Counted from the first letter of the whole stretch, positions 11,868-27,281 are shown. The stretch is DNA of 62,940 bases, filler included, from Catajapyx aquilonaris (GCA_000934665.2; 2 parts of 2 records of this genome joined end to end with filler, not necessarily neighbours in it); one strand, 5' to 3'. The notes: a model not told the origin generated them from the letters alone. Numbers and translations are program-made.

Positions 11868-14800
11868 GTGATGATATTACAACCTGCCGTGTTGACTATT
11901 TCTTATGTTCGGAACTTCCGTTGCCAATTCTCAAACTGTAGCGCCGGTACCGAGCGAGATATGGGTAAGTTTGCCACGACTCTTCTGCAAGCGTATGTGC
12001 TCCTTTAAGTCCAATTTCTTTCCAACTTCAGCTTGGGTCGGGTTTTGCAAAATTTCATCAAGGTTCCTAGACCCCTTTTGAGAGTGCACATAGCCTCACT
12101 TTGAGCCGAATTGGAGGCAGAAAGAAGCGGAGCAGCTCTTTAGGAAATCTAGCAAGGCCTATACGACAGGTCCTAACGAAGCGCTTTTCATTCCCGAGGG
12201 AGGAAATGAAGGCTCGGCGAATGAGACAGTTGATGACAGTTCCTTCCCCAGCGGGGAATCCACCAAGAGCCACAGTTAAGAACTCCCATTTCATCTACTT
12301 TATGTCCCCGATACTTGCTACAAATTAAACGCGCCCGTTCCGCACAAGAGAACCCCACTGGCCGGCCACTTGCCTCCGATGAGATGTTTCCACAAAAGGA
12401 AATTATTTTCCTCATTAATATACCACTGCGTGCGAGTATTTGTATCCAATTTAGGGCCGCCTGCTGCAAATGAAACTGGTATGGACTCATAAAAAAATGG
12501 TATGTCGGAGGGGGATAAAACTGGCTGGAGAGATGCTGCACAAAGGGACCACATCATAAGGCTTTCCAAATGGATTTGCAAAACCAGATTTGCGACTGGC
12601 CGCACGTTTGTTACGCATTCAAACCCCACCCCCCCCCTCCCCTGGAAACTGCTCTCTGATTGTGCTGCGACAGTCGTATAATCACTCATGCGGTTATAAC
12701 CCAGTTCTTGTTGGGCTCTTGTTTGGCAAATTAGAGGCGAGTGGGAGCTAATCAAGTGGAAGAACCAACAGATGTCAGTGCTCATTTGTAGGAGGGCGTA
12801 GTCTGTAATGGTTATTTATTTGTTTCTAAAACGGATACACTTTTTCAGACACCTGCTCACCTTCCACTTGAAGTTTCATTCCATTTAGAATGTATTGGAA
12901 TGGAATACCTAATGCCCCCTGCCACTGTCCTCGATCGAGCAAATACACGTGGATCTGAGCTACTGCAAAATAATATAATTTTGCAACTATTTATACATAT
13001 GAAGTACACCTCCCATATTTTCCGGCATTTTTACAGTTCAAACAATAATACATTTCAAATTGTTTATGAGATATTAGCTACAATTAATAGTGAGCAATTG
13101 AAAAAATAATCCGGCGACAAAACCATGCCGTGTTGAGTAATGCGCATCTGGCAGTATTACCTTGGATTTGGTAAGGCAAATCACATTCAAAAGGGCATCA
13201 AACGGTTTGTTTTAAAAGAAGCCGAGCCCCTCCTTTTTGGATAAAATAATGCATAAATCGTAGGCCCTGTTCATTTTTCACGCCTTCCTCCGCCCATAAC
13301 ACCCATAACCTACTACCATGAGAGCTAATGCAATTCATTTGCTCTCTTCTCCACAGGGTAAACTAGTTCCCATATTTTCAGATGCTTCCCCTGCTTCTAC
13401 CCAAGAGACATCCGGTTCCATTTTTTTCTCTCTTCGCATATTTTATTCCAATCTCTCGTCCAACAATACGTATATTATCATTAAAAAAAGCTCACGTGCG
13501 GAATTAATGGCTGGATTTCCGAGGCTTTATAAATCAGGGAGCGGCTGCATGTGGGCTGATTAAGAAGGGGGTCTCATCATCTCTAAAAATCGGATTGTCG
13601 TATATTTGTGCAATTTCTTTCTTGCGGCTGCACGTGTACCAATCGAATAAACTGCGCTGAATGCAAGAGTTATTATGAGCCATTATCAAAAGGACATTGC
13701 AAAGTTCTCGGAATATTATTATACCGAAGAAAAGGGCATATAGAGAAGACGTCATTTCACTTCTTGCAAACACTTAGTTATAGCCTTACAGCAGAGTGAA
13801 GCAATACTACGTTGAAACCTCCAAAAATAGGACGAGTTATACTCTCTATCTGCTCATATACTTCATACACCAATTGTTATAAGGTCCAATTACATAACCA
13901 TTGTTGTCATTACAGCAGAATGTTACAATAACAATGGCTTGATCCAGAGAGAAATGATGTATACCTTCACTTTATATTTTAACCGAACACTATAACGCAA
14001 TAAAACATTTCTTGTTTTATGCAATCTCATTTATACTTAAACAGGAAGCAGTTTTCTAAATCGACAGTGACATCCTGCTGTGCAATCACATCACTACAAA
14101 CCTGTGGGTGTGAGCCGGATCTGACGTGAAATCTTCAATACATCACGCATGCAATAAGTACAGGTCCTTTTGTCATTAAATGTTTTGCAGCGACATAAAG
14201 TGGATGCAAATGACTGACACAAGTATTTGACACCTCCTTTATTCTGTTCATCTCTGGGAGGGTTGAGTCATGATGAGGCTCTATGGCGAACATGTCCATA
14301 TAACACACTCTCCCCCGGTTTGGCCATTGTGTTGTGATGCCCCGGGGCCGGTTCCTCACATTGGCCCCTCCTAATTAGGAAGGCGTCATGGAGGCGTGTG
14401 GAATCGGCGGAATGCGACCTTTTAACAGATTTGCCTGTTGAAGGATCGTACGGCATCGCTTCCTTCGTGTAGCTGACATGGGACATGTGCCCAGCACGAC
14501 CCGATGACGCGCCAAGGGACGCACGTGCGGGTTCAAGACACGTCATGAACACACTCGGAGCCCTTTGCTTGCTTGTCAAAGGAATACAAGTATGCTGTCA
14601 TTCTGACCTTAGGTGGGTCTGGTGCAATGTCAACTTTTAGACAATGGAATATGTTGCACATATTATACTCGTACATGTTGATTCTATTATTGTTTAATTT
14701 TTCTCATTTCGGAAATGTGATCTTTTGTCAGACACTTCCTCATGATACCTTCCAGGAAACACCAGCGCGAAACTTCATGTCATCCATCACCATCGTTCTC

Positions 14801-17800
14801 ATCGTTTGGCATCCTCACGAACCGTTTAACTGATATTTAAGGTCCTTTGAGGGCGATAAATGTTCCTGGTAGCTGAGGGTCCTGTTATAGAAAAGGCTGG
14901 ACCTGAGTCTGGGGCAAAACCCACCTCCTCTATTCAAGCCTCGCAGCGGTGCAGATCCTTTCAGCCAAGGGACAACCTTTGTCTCCGGTGTCTCCTTACA
15001 AAATATACAAAGTCGGAGGCAGAAATGGCAATCCTTATAACCATTTTCTTCGGATTTTTTCATGAGTTCTGCTGAATTTTGTGCGATTGTTACTTCAGTA
15101 TTTCGTATACGTACGCGTATAATAAGAGTAACGGCTGACTTCCGCGGGATACGCAAAAATATGAAAAGGCAAAATTCAAGTTCAAGTCAAGCGTCCCATT
15201 AATAGTCCTAAATTCTGAATTCACGTTGACACGTTCAGGGGTGACATGAGTTAATAAAGATTATAGTACATAATGCTGCTTAGTGCCAACCCAGAGAGAT
15301 ACTGATGGATTTGATTCCAGATGCCGGATATTCCAACCATCAATGTTTCTGTGCTTTTCCTTGATGAATTTCACGTCATGTCCACTGCTTGAACCCCTGC
15401 TAAAGAATCTAGAGTAACTTTTTGCATCTCATGGTTTTCTGTGCTTCCAATACAAAAACAAGTCAACATCTCAGAAAACCGGTATGACCTGAATGTTATC
15501 ATATCCATAGCCTGATTTACAAAGCGACACCTTTTATTATAATAAATATTAATTTTGCAAATGTAGGGTAGTTTTTAGCACTGACTTTACCACCTTATAT
15601 GGAGTCATTCAGGTGTCGTAAACTGGGTCGCTCTGACAGTCATTGATTAGTGGGTTTCGCTTACAAGAGAAAACGGCTTCTGAATTGCATCACTGTGACC
15701 ACGTTGACCAGCAGCTGCACGCAGTAGACAGTGGCTATCAGCTTGCATCATACAGCCCGTCTATAAAGTATATTCATAAAAAGGCTGGGACAATGCTATT
15801 CCGGGTCTGTACAGTATAGGTACAACAATGAGAAGCCAGGTGATGCTATAGGAAGAAAACTTCACATTGCTCCAGTGATGAAGGTTATAAAGTGCCGTTT
15901 GTCAAAAACTTTATTTTAAACATACAGTGGGCTATACCCCGCGAGATATATCAGATGACATCCAATCAAGAGTCATTGTCCAACACCACCGCAACATAGA
16001 CCTGGTTCAGTAGCCGTAAGATAAGACATCTGAGGATCAATGAAATGGGACCCAGCATGTCCCCCCGTACCCTGACTGATCCCGGAGGACTGATAATGCT
16101 CCCCGGAAAAAGAGAGCCCGTGACATGACGGATGCATCGTTGGATCTCGGTTGCAAATGGCCGCCACCACCACTACCAACACCCGCATTGACACCTCGAA
16201 TCTTTGTCAGTTGGCACAGACATATACTTGGGTCATGGGGGTAGAGAGATGGAAGAGCCAGATGAATTCCAGGGAGAGGCAGCAGGTAATTTGCAGTGGC
16301 CAAGGGGGGGCGCCGTGACCCGCGGTGTCCGCAGTTTGTCAAGTGTCACCACCGGTCCGGGGTCCTCCTGTCCTGATCTTGTCTTGAGGGCACCTGTGCT
16401 TGGGCTCGTCATCAGCGGCTGCAAACATCACTTCCAGCACACCACTAATAACAACCAGGACATTATCTGCTGCTATACTGTTTTAAAACCTCCGATCCTT
16501 ATCAGCTGGCCTTTTAAAAATATTAGCTAATTTTTAGTGTGCCTTCTGATCCCTATCATGTACCGGTGCAGCATGGGAATTTTCGAGGGGGCTGATGTTC
16601 CGCCTCCCGGTGCAGCATGGGAACTTACTTCGTTCCCATGCCGCCAAAATCGGAATCAAAAATCGGGTGGCCTCCTATTTTGAATATGTGAAGGCAGCTC
16701 CTTTCGTAGAGAGCGGAAGTGGGCGTGGTGTACCCCACCTTACCCTATACTTTATTTCAAAGGTGGAGTCCATGCACCGAGCCCGGAATTAGACTCCAGG
16801 GGCCCCCTGCGGGACACCTGGAGTCAACTCCGGAGTCACAATGAGGAAGGATGTGGCTTGCTTGTTCTCTGGCCGGCAACCTCCGTGGGAAATTGTATGG
16901 TTCAGATCGAGTCAGTGTCTCTAAAGGGGAATATTGTTTACTTCAGCAACTGATCAACTGATGTACACAGTGCAGTACATGGTCTTTCTGAACTACCTCT
17001 CCCATGGAGTAAAAGTTATTTTGAAGGCTCCTCCTGCGGTGGGGGCACGATAAAACCAGAGGAAAAAACCCCTTCTTCCATGAATCTTAGTAAATTAAAG
17101 CGCGACGTAAAGCACTCGGGTGGGGAAACGTTACGAGGGAATTAAAACGCATTCTTTCCGCGAAACCCACCGAAAAGTTAATCCCGCCTCTGGCAGATAA
17201 TAACTCGTAAAATTACGGTGTGGTTTAGAAGAGGGGTTAGAAAAATCTGGTCCGTCTTTTCACCCTCCCAAAAAATCTGGCTGGATATATAAACGGCACG
17301 TCATATATCACCTGTGCTCCTCGCATGTTTCCAACTGACATCTTCATAAATTGTGGATGCAGAATACAACGTGCGATGCATTTTAGACCCCCCTCTATAT
17401 ACACCCCCTTCCCAAAAGAAAAAGAAGCTGGGACACCCCCTCCGATCGTGCACTGCCTTTCATCACCAATTATACATAAAAAAGTGAAATAAAATAAATG
17501 GGAGACGATCGCCCGCTGATTTTTACGAGCTCCAATTTCCATCCGTGCAATTAAAACCCTCGGCGCAGACACTTTTATTTTTACACCCCATCCTCTGAAA
17601 AGAAACCGATTTCCAGTCAAGCATAGTTCATGGAAAAAAGCACCATGGCTTCCGGACGCCATTCCGAGAGGCAAAAATATTTAAGTGAAAACCTGGTCAC
17701 GAAAGAGGCGAGGAGGTTTTTTATTTCCCGCGGTCCCGATGCGAAAGTTTTATGGTCCGTGACGCTACTCCTATCACGCAGCAACGACTGATTACACGCA

Positions 17801-20800
17801 TGTCTCCCAACTAAACACTCGGCAAGGACTTATCTGCAGAAAAATGGTTTTGCGATATGATCCCACGGTTGCTTCGAGAGAAAATAAGTTGCTCGGTTCG
17901 AACTGAACATTTGTCACGGAGGGTACTTTTCTGTGTAGTGTTTGAAAGTGCTATGGATAGCAGAGAGGAGGAAACGATTGCGTTCGTGGAGATTGCACTT
18001 GGCATGGACGAGTAAAAATGTTTGGTATCGTCTTTGGAACGTAAATCATCAGGATAAGCTACACGAATCATACGATCATGCGATGCTGTTATCACGTTAT
18101 ATAAGCTAGCACCGGTTCCCCCGCGAATCACTATTATTGGACGGAACCCCAACACTAAATTTAACTAGTAGCCTAATTGTTAATATCCAAAATATTTTTA
18201 CTTGTTATAACTTTTATTAAGTTGATCACACAATATGATGAGTTCAAATTAGACAAACTCTGGATTCGCACGCTGCATATTCAAATATGAAAATATATGC
18301 AGAGTTAACTGGCTCGCGGAACCCACTTTAGGAACCGCTGAGCTATGCAGCATGCTGAAATATTATATAACCATATTATAACCAACAACTAGATTACCTT
18401 TACATTTAAATATTGAAACTAACAATCGCATTTGAAAATACTGCCTGTAAAATCAGAAAGGTCACGTTTACAGCAGTATATTTTGCGAGTTACTTGTAAC
18501 CGCGGGTGAGCAATACGACTTACTGCACTTGGATGTCACGGACTTGTACACAGGCCCAGACAAACTTCTAGTATTCACAGTGTGTCCCTTTCCCATTGTG
18601 AAAACAAACGTGAGGTGACCAACAAATCCATAAATAAACAATAAAAGTCATTCCCCATAACGAAGGCAGTCAAACGGGGGTTTAGCAGCACAAAGCTGAA
18701 AAATCACTATGGAAAAAGTCGGACAGAAGAGCGGAGGTAAATCGCAAGGAAAACACCATAACCATAAATCTGAGCTCCGAGATCGGACGCAAACGACGTC
18801 GGCCAGCGACACTGGCGCGGACCATTTTTATGGAAATGGCCGCATATATCAGTGACCCTTTGCTATAGGGGGGGACTAGGAGCTATTATGACAGGACCGT
18901 GCTGGTGATTAGCGATCTATGGGACCCAGAGAGGAGGGCTCCGAAAAAGCAACGATGCTATATAGATGATCGCTTGCACAATGCAGCTTAATATCGGACT
19001 TAAACCCGCCAAGAATTCATCTTCGAGTTTAATATTGCTCAGAGGGCCTCCCGGCACTTTCTAAAGCTCTGCATTTATTAATCTTCATGTGGGAGTTGCA
19101 ACTTCGCCTGCATATAATTAAACTCGAAGCTCATTAACAAAGAGCGGTAGCTAGGGGGAGGGGGAAGGCGAAAGAAAAGTTTCTAATCAACTTTGTTGTC
19201 CGAAACTTTTTGGAGGGTAAAACTTGTCATTACCGCCGTAAAGCTTGTTATTGCAGTAATTATTATAGCCCCTTCTCTGATGTTTAATTACAAGGGTTCG
19301 GAAGTTGGTACGCTCATGGTCCAACCCGCTTCTTCCAAACCAAGGAAAGGCCCATGCGGCCATTGGTTGGCTCCTGCGGCGCCGTCGCCGCCTGCCGGCT
19401 CCAAGAGAGTTATGGTAGCCTCGCATTAGGCCAATCAGACCCGGGCGCCGAATGATGAACGATCCCGATTCATTTTCAACCCCTGTCATAACTTCCCAAG
19501 GCTTGGCTACCCTAGCAACCCTTGCCTATATACCTGCCTCCACCTGGCACCACCCACGCCTCTTTAATTGATGACCTAACCGCACGAATATGGAACCATC
19601 TTTCTTGCTCCACCTACCTATTCAGACGTACGACATGTCATTTTCTTACGACGCAATAATGACAGTATTTTTCTCCAATCAAAAATGTTGCACAACCCTC
19701 CCAAAAATTGCGGGCATCCTGCTGCCCCCTTGAAGTCACCCGAATTGACCCCATACAGGGCTCATGACCTCGGCCAACTCGTATTTCCATCGCTCTCTTA
19801 ATCACCTCATTTGCCCTACGTTTGTCCTTAGAGTACTTCCCTTTTGAGGACCCCCCCCCTGATTATATCTAAACCAAATGCTAGAATTTCTGTATGAAAA
19901 GCACAAGAGGAAGGCAATTTGCCTGGCTCCCATCTTCCATCTGACGCCTCCTCCCTCCAGTCATTAGACCCTCTATAGTCTTTATAGTTGGGGCACTGCT
20001 GGGGCCGAATAATAACCTTCTCGTGGATACTAGAGAATAAAAAAAAAGTTGGCCCAGCAGGAGTACGTCCCATAACCGCAAAATTTCCTCTAGACACCGC
20101 AACTCCCGTCGAGAGTAATCGAGGGGTCCAGCAGCGATGCTTCCTCACATGCCCCTACCACCGAATAAAGACCTCTTCTTCTTTTTCCTGCTTTCCAAGC
20201 TAATTTTCCGCATTTCGTCGTATTTTTGCAGTCACGCAAACCGGGTGGGTGTGACATGGGATCAACACCCCGTAAATTACATGTATCCTTGGCTTCCATG
20301 CAACCTGGTTGTAATAACAATGCTACTCTGCACGGCAAATCCCTGGGTAATATTGAGGGGGGGTAGAGGTTGAGTTTCCTTCCATCTGAGACCATTAGGA
20401 GGTTTTGTGGGCATGGCAGGAGGCCACTCGGGGGCTTCTCCTGGCGCTTAAGCACACCCGTGGCGCCTCTATCAGCACGGATATAGGGGGGCTCTACATT
20501 TCCTCACTCCTTCCACTTATATCAACCTTATCGTCTGAAACACCAATTACATTTTTCCACCACAGTATATATACAGTGTCCAAACTTCAGGAGGGGGAAG
20601 AAGTCTTCAGAAGTAACAATCAACTGTTGGTCAGGGCGCCTGGATGTCGTTGTATTGGCAGAAGGAGGGGTGGTTTATGCGGATAAATCTAGCTGGTCGA
20701 ACAGGTCCCACAAAAGAATGGCCGAACCTTGTTCTGAGGAGTGGCAGTGGTCGTGTCCATTTGCATTCTTTTGCTAGCCATAAAGCAGAGGTGGTCGAAA

Positions 20801-21151
20801 GTGTCCATCAAGTAATGAACTTCCTTGGGTTCCCCTTGCCCTCTCCCATGCCCTCTCCAACACGGATGGACAATGTGGGCGGGGTGCTGACCAGTGGGGG
20901 GTCCACCTGCCCCCCTCTGGTCTACCACCCTTGAAAAACCTACTCTTTTCCCACCTATCTTACTGAAAAAGGATTACTTTCACCACTGGAAATCTTGCTC
21001 GGGAATCGATAATCACCTCCAACACTTCCAGGGGGGTTTGACACCTTCTGGAGGAAATCTGGGGTTTTCAGGGCTCAACTGTTCTTGTTTGAAGTATATA
21101 TCCATTGCTCTCTATTTACCAACTTCAGTGTTATAAGCAACAGTTATTTAT

Positions 21152-21232
<81 letters not shown>

Positions 21233-21515
21233 TTACCCCGTGATAGAGTCATTGGCTCAATTAGGGGGGGGGGGGGAATTCATCCCATTTTTTGTCAGGA
21301 ACTCTTTGCTTTTTACTTTTTGCTTCGCTTTTTGGGAAGGGATAGGGATGGAAGGAAGCGGCTGTGGCCTGTTAATGACGAAAACAACTCCGGAATTTTC
21401 CTGGAGGGACCGTGGGAAACCACCGTGGGTCAGAGTTGCCGGTCCCGGGATTTGATCCCCGGACCTCCCGATTAGCAGCCGGATACCATATCCCCTCACC
21501 TACTGCTGCTTCGGT
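21152..21515 (-). mobile_element. full-length SINE family B with (AAT)n tail
   Basis: 13-bp TSD AACAGTTATTTAT (21139-21151 / 21516-21528); tRNA-like head with B-box-like GGGATCAAATCCC on the minus strand; ~80-nt AAT tail. Confidence 0.9.
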
Positions 21516-21625
21516 AACAGTTATTTATAGCTGCCATGTATAATTCTTAACAATACCCCATTCGTTCTAAATTAATCTTTATATAGTGCAAGTTTTAAAT
21601 ATCCCAATAAAAAATTGGGAGAAAT

Positions 21626-21666
21626 CCCCCCCTAATAAAGCCTAAAGGGCTGATAATGGGGTATCA

Positions 21667-21706
<40 letters not shown>
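21626..21706 (+). mobile_element. 5'-truncated SINE/LINE tail with (TTA)n
   Basis: CCCCCTAATAAAGCCTAAAGGGCTGATAATGGGGTATCAATTATTA... matches the family B tail at 56419-56465 (minus). Confidence 0.6.
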
Positions 21707-21707
<1 letters not shown>

Positions 21708-24700
21708 ATATCCCAATGATGGCAACGTTGTTGTCATTACATTCGCGATAACAATCGCAAAAATGGTGATATCACTTGAAACTTTTAAAATTACGTGGAA
21801 TAAACAAAAAAAAACAGCATTTGGTTAGTGTCTCTTTTCAAAGTTTCAAAATTTATCTGAAACATTTACTCTTCCTGTTGAAGGCGCAACAACTTATATT
21901 AATTTCATCATATTTATGTGTCGTACTATGATTATTTTATTGAACCAAAGTTGCTGATAGTGCAGAATGGTTTACGAAGACACATGCCGGCAAATACCTC
22001 CAAAATACCGCCGCAGTTTTAGAAAACGCGTTCCTTTTGCATTACACCGCAGATCAATAGTTCCAACCTAGTTTACTTATTCGAAATAATCAAGAATATC
22101 ATTCTTACCTTGTCATGCGAAAGGCTGAGGGAGAATGGAACCGTTGACCCCTACGGTTTGTGACACTAATCCCTTCATGTACGGATTGAAAGGAAGCACA
22201 CAAATCGGCCCGTTCCTTTTCCGGCACACATACACCGCTTATTTCCAACAACGACCCTGGGAAAAAAAAGAGAAACAGAAAATGTAGGGCACTGACCCTT
22301 GCAGGTCATTCATTAAACCCAACACTCGGACATCAGAAAAGGTCGCAGCTGCCATATACTGGGAGTCTGTCAGCTTCCAATATACCATCCCCTTTAGACT
22401 AATTGACGTGGGTAAGTGCAGCAAATTGTTCAGTGTTTTTCCCAGGAGAGCCATGTGTTTCCAATTCCGGACAGTTTAAAACTGTCAACTGGGTCTCGCG
22501 ACAGCTATCGTGGTTCATGACCCTCCTGGGGGACACCGGAAACTGCTGCTGGGAGAGCAGCCTCAGGGGGAGATTTGTTGCTGGTTAGCAGGAATGATGG
22601 TGTTCCCTTTCAGGCCTGCTGTTAACACGACCATTCAATTCCAGAAACTGAATTCGAAGTGGATGACTCAAAACCGATTAGAAAGTCTCAGGTTCACCAC
22701 ATGGCCCTCTGGGAAGTGTATCTTGCTGATATACACGTTCTTGGAAATCTACATCTTGTACTGTACTGATAAACACGAACACGTTTTGGAGATAATGTCA
22801 ACTTATTTACAAGGCTACAACATATGGTAAACATTACCTGAGGGCAACATAGGCCATTATCAAAACCATAGCTCAAAAAATTGCGTTGTTAGCTGTAAAA
22901 GCCATATCCCGACACATATCCCAAGCTGAAGAACCATCGGCATCGCTGAAAAGGCTTCCCAAGTGCAGACGCAAGGCAAACCGTCTTTTCTACCATGTGA
23001 AATAGACCGTATCGCCCTTAGGTCATTCTCAACTAATACCAGTGAGGCTGGCAGCGACTCTATAATTTAATCCTGAGAGGCGAATTTGTCCATGAGGGTC
23101 CGGGAGAGGCCCATGAAAGCGGCCGTCCCGCCCCAACTTCACTAACAGAAAAGAAACCCCTTGCGTCTTGCTGCGATGCTTCCATCACGCGGGACGAATA
23201 ATATAAAAAAATGAAAAAAAGTGTATTGAGTCTATTCATGGCAGTGAGAAAGGAACGAATGTTTTGCCGAGCCCCCCTTTGTATACAGGGCAAAGGGTCC
23301 GATAATGTGGCCTTCCCCATATAAGAGAAGGAAAATGGGCGCGATTATGACTGGCCGTGTGAAACGTAGTAATGGCCAACTCATTTCCCCCATGCAGTAG
23401 GCCTCATGGGTGGGCCATTTTTTTTGTTTATTTCCACGAGCCCCCGATATATAGGCCCGATATGACCGTATACTTGCGGTGTAACGTACATCTAGGCCGT
23501 TTTCTTGACGTCGTCGCAGGGGTCAAGAGGGGGACCTCCGACGTTGTATTCACCCAAAACGACGGGGATGCATGTGTGCATCCGAATATTTTTGGGTGGA
23601 AGAAGGGGGGGACCATATGCTGCTTTTCTTGGGCTGTTCAGTAGGCGTGGACAAACGGTTGGAAAAAAGAGCCAAGGTCTTTTGACCAGAAATTACGGAG
23701 GAATGACGAGGAACCCATGCGACACCGCCGCAAAAGAGTAGGGAAATCGTAAAGTCCGTTTCGAGACAGCAAAATAAGGCAGAAAATTGGTGAGTGGGAA
23801 GGCAAAAGAAGAGGCGTTCCTGATCTTCGTGTGAGAATTAAGGCGGCTTCTCTTTCGGGTCCCCACTCCCGTGTGTTCCCAGGTGAGAATCCCGCCAATC
23901 ACACCCCTTTTTCTTCCTAAGAAGGCGAGCCCAGGCCTTGAAGGCAGTATGCTTCATCTTCATTAGGACTAGCAGATGAGGCAATTCCCTTTCTCCATTC
24001 CCCCTTTTATTAGAGCTCGGCAGGAGTCCTGAAACAATGTTCCATCCTCCATCTAATGAATTCAACTCAGTGACACAACACTACGTCAAGACAAAGTTCG
24101 AAGCATCTTTCCCTCAAAAAATAGTTTAAATGGCATCCAGAGACAAATGGCATATCAATATAAGTGGGACCCTGGCACCATGCAGTTCCCCAATGGGATA
24201 TCGCAGCGGTGCAGATAATAAGTTGCAGGCCAGATAGGTCCTTGCCTATATCTGGAATGGTTAAGTGCCTCAGCTGCTGCTGCTTGGGGGCTCCCCCATC
24301 CCCCCAACGGGGTGCCCCCACCATTTTTATTTAATTTTCTTCCGTGGACAGAGGTCGTGAGGCTTCCCTCCAACTCGCCATTTATTCGGCCTTCTGCCTG
24401 CCTCATTTCGGCCCATCCATCCATCATGGATACCTCGTATAAGGCACCCCCACGAGCCCCACAGATTCCCACGCTGGATATGTCTTCTCTTGCGCTTCCA
24501 AATTATGCCTCATTTATTAAGGCCCCCGCAACCGCCCGCAACACACTGAGTTATTACGTTCGTGTCCCGCTTGGTGCGTCACGGTCGCTCCATATGAATC
24601 ATGTCACCGATCCATTTGGAAATCACATGTCCCATACCAGAAAAGGGACCGAAGAATACGAAGAAGAAAAAAAATGGAAACGCCGAAGTGTCAGAGTAGA

Positions 24701-27195
24701 GAATATTTTTCATGGCACCTGCCGCCAGCAGCACCATCAATTTTGGCTGGTCCACAACCCCCAACCTGTGATGCAAAATTAACCAATTTTTCATCCCAAG
24801 AGGAACGGAACGGAACGCTCCGCCATTTTCCATCCAACACTGAAGTGTGGGCCAATTGGACTAAATCCGATTTGTTTCCGGAAAGCCCTCCATCTGCTGG
24901 TAGTGGCTGAGATCTCGGCAGGAGGTACGTTTGAAACCCGGTTGTATCACCTCAGAGCCCTGCTCGTTTTCAAGGATCAGGACCAAAAGAAACGAATAAG
25001 GGGGGAGGAGAATGGAAGTAGAGAAAAAAAAGTGGCGGGGAGAAAAAGAGAACGGAGATACTTCACAGAAATAGACAGCCGCTGTGACAAAAGGAAACTG
25101 GTGGGTGGTTGGAAACCATGGGGTTTGTCGCCTGATGAGACGGGCCCTTGCACTTCCTTTTGTTCTCCGGCGGCCAACCCTCCCCAAAATATAATCCCCT
25201 CCTATACTTTTTACCATTTTTTTCTTACCATGCATTCACGCATATATCAAAGTCTGAAGCTGTGCATTTTCAAGGCATTCTGACTGTCGTTCTTGGATGC
25301 TGCCAAGAAATATGGCTATGAGCATCGGAAATGTAGATGAGCCCCCATAGATTTATTCCATGGGGTAGAAATGGCCCTTGTGATCAAATATACGAGATGA
25401 CTCTGCTTCGGTCGTGTTTGTTTGCAGAAATGTTCAGAAATATCTATATAGCCGATGGACCACAAGAGAAAGCAGAACCACGGATAAGTGAATCTTGTGG
25501 TTGTATAAGGGTGCAGCGTGTATGGGACAACTATATTCGGTAAAGGTTCAATGTGCTGCTGTCCCAGCGGTATAATGTCATATCATTTCACCAGGACCTT
25601 TCCTATAGATAATCATATTTTCTGTCATTATACCGTTACGACTGATTAAAACATTTCCCATGTGTTAAATCTTTACCTTTTATTATACAAATGTTATAAG
25701 TATACTCTACTTCAAAGTGGGAACAAAATTGCCATCACTAATTTCACACAATTGCAAATAATTATGTATACAGCCTACAGAGTTTTAGGCAAGCTGTGCC
25801 ACTGGTAGCATACTATTATCATGATTTCAACAAAATAATGTGTCATTATCATTACATTATTTTCCCTATTACTGTCATTCGAGCGCCATGCATTCAAATT
25901 TATAAACGACTTAATTGAATAGGAAAATTATATTTATACGTGAGTAACGATAAATTGATGCCAAATGAGATGTGGCACTATTTCTGATGCAGCATCACAT
26001 CTAAGGTATCTCCGTTAAGTTATAAAATAATATTGTGAATCGTGAATCAGTAATTTCACGCAAGTGTCACAATCAATATTTAATACTTGCAAGTGTTTCA
26101 ACAACGACGTCGACAACTCATCATAAGTTACATTGAAGACAGACCCGGAAAAAAACGTCTGTCCATATACGTATATAGGCAGCCCCACTGCCGATAAGAA
26201 AGGGCATGTGCATCATACGGTATTAATATGCGGCCACCATGATAGCATCGGCGGTGTAGAAGTAACACGTCGAATGTCTAGATGTGTCGCGTGTGTGAGG
26301 TCGTATGAAACGGCGGGAGGCAGTTGGACCAAAACCGCTGGGTCATCGCCCAAAATGACCTCCTGGTGTTCCGGCGGGATATGTACCGTCAGCAAGGTGC
26401 ATGTGGCGCCATTATATGATGGGTCTCTCACTCACTCTCCGCATAGCTTTGTATATATAAGTGGCATGGTTTTCGGTGCCAAAACCCTTTGGATGATGGT
26501 TGCGGTGTATTGAGGTTGCTTCGAGAGATGAAGCGGAGAAGATCGGGCGAGATGGTTGGCCCATCCTCGCATCCCTCCATGATGATGGGGCGAAGCGGAG
26601 AGGTGCTTATGTTTGTGGCTGGGAAAAGAGCAGCATGGAGGCTCCAATCCGGCCTCGTTCCACCTGCCTGGTTTCACCCTCTCCGCTCACCTGCCCAGAT
26701 ATTAAGCACCGCCCACCTCAACCCTTTTTTTTATTCGGCCGAAACCGCAACCATATTGCTCCAGCACCTTTGCTGTATAAAATGGTGCAGGCTAGGCTAG
26801 ATTCAACACTGTAACATTATTACGAACATACCTTGCTCTGCATGCTGGTTACCGCGAGGTAATTGTGGAGAGTATGATTGTATAAGAAAGGCCGCTAAAA
26901 TTAAAGGAATCTTTGCCTAATGTACATATCAGGAATATTATTCACATGTTCAGTTTTTAGGCTTATATGAACATAATTATGAAGACTGCATTCTACTGAT
27001 GAACATTGCACTAAGTGTCATGAAGGTTTTTATAGGCTGCATTTTGTGAATTGCTTAATAACTTGTGTTACGGTGGGTGTTAGGTTATACCCCATTAGTA
27101 TTAAAATGTCGTGTTGTTGTTATTAATAATAATGATGACGATGGGGAGGATGAACAATGTCACATACAAGCTTGCAGGTTCCTTCACGGTTGAGA

Positions 27196-27219
27196 AATAA
27201 TAATAATAACAATAATAAC

Positions 27220-27280
<61 letters not shown>
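27196..27280. repeat. (AAT)n microsatellite
   Basis: Direct reading; source of the spurious poly-N and poly-L ORFs. Confidence 0.95.
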
Positions 27281-27281
<1 letters not shown>

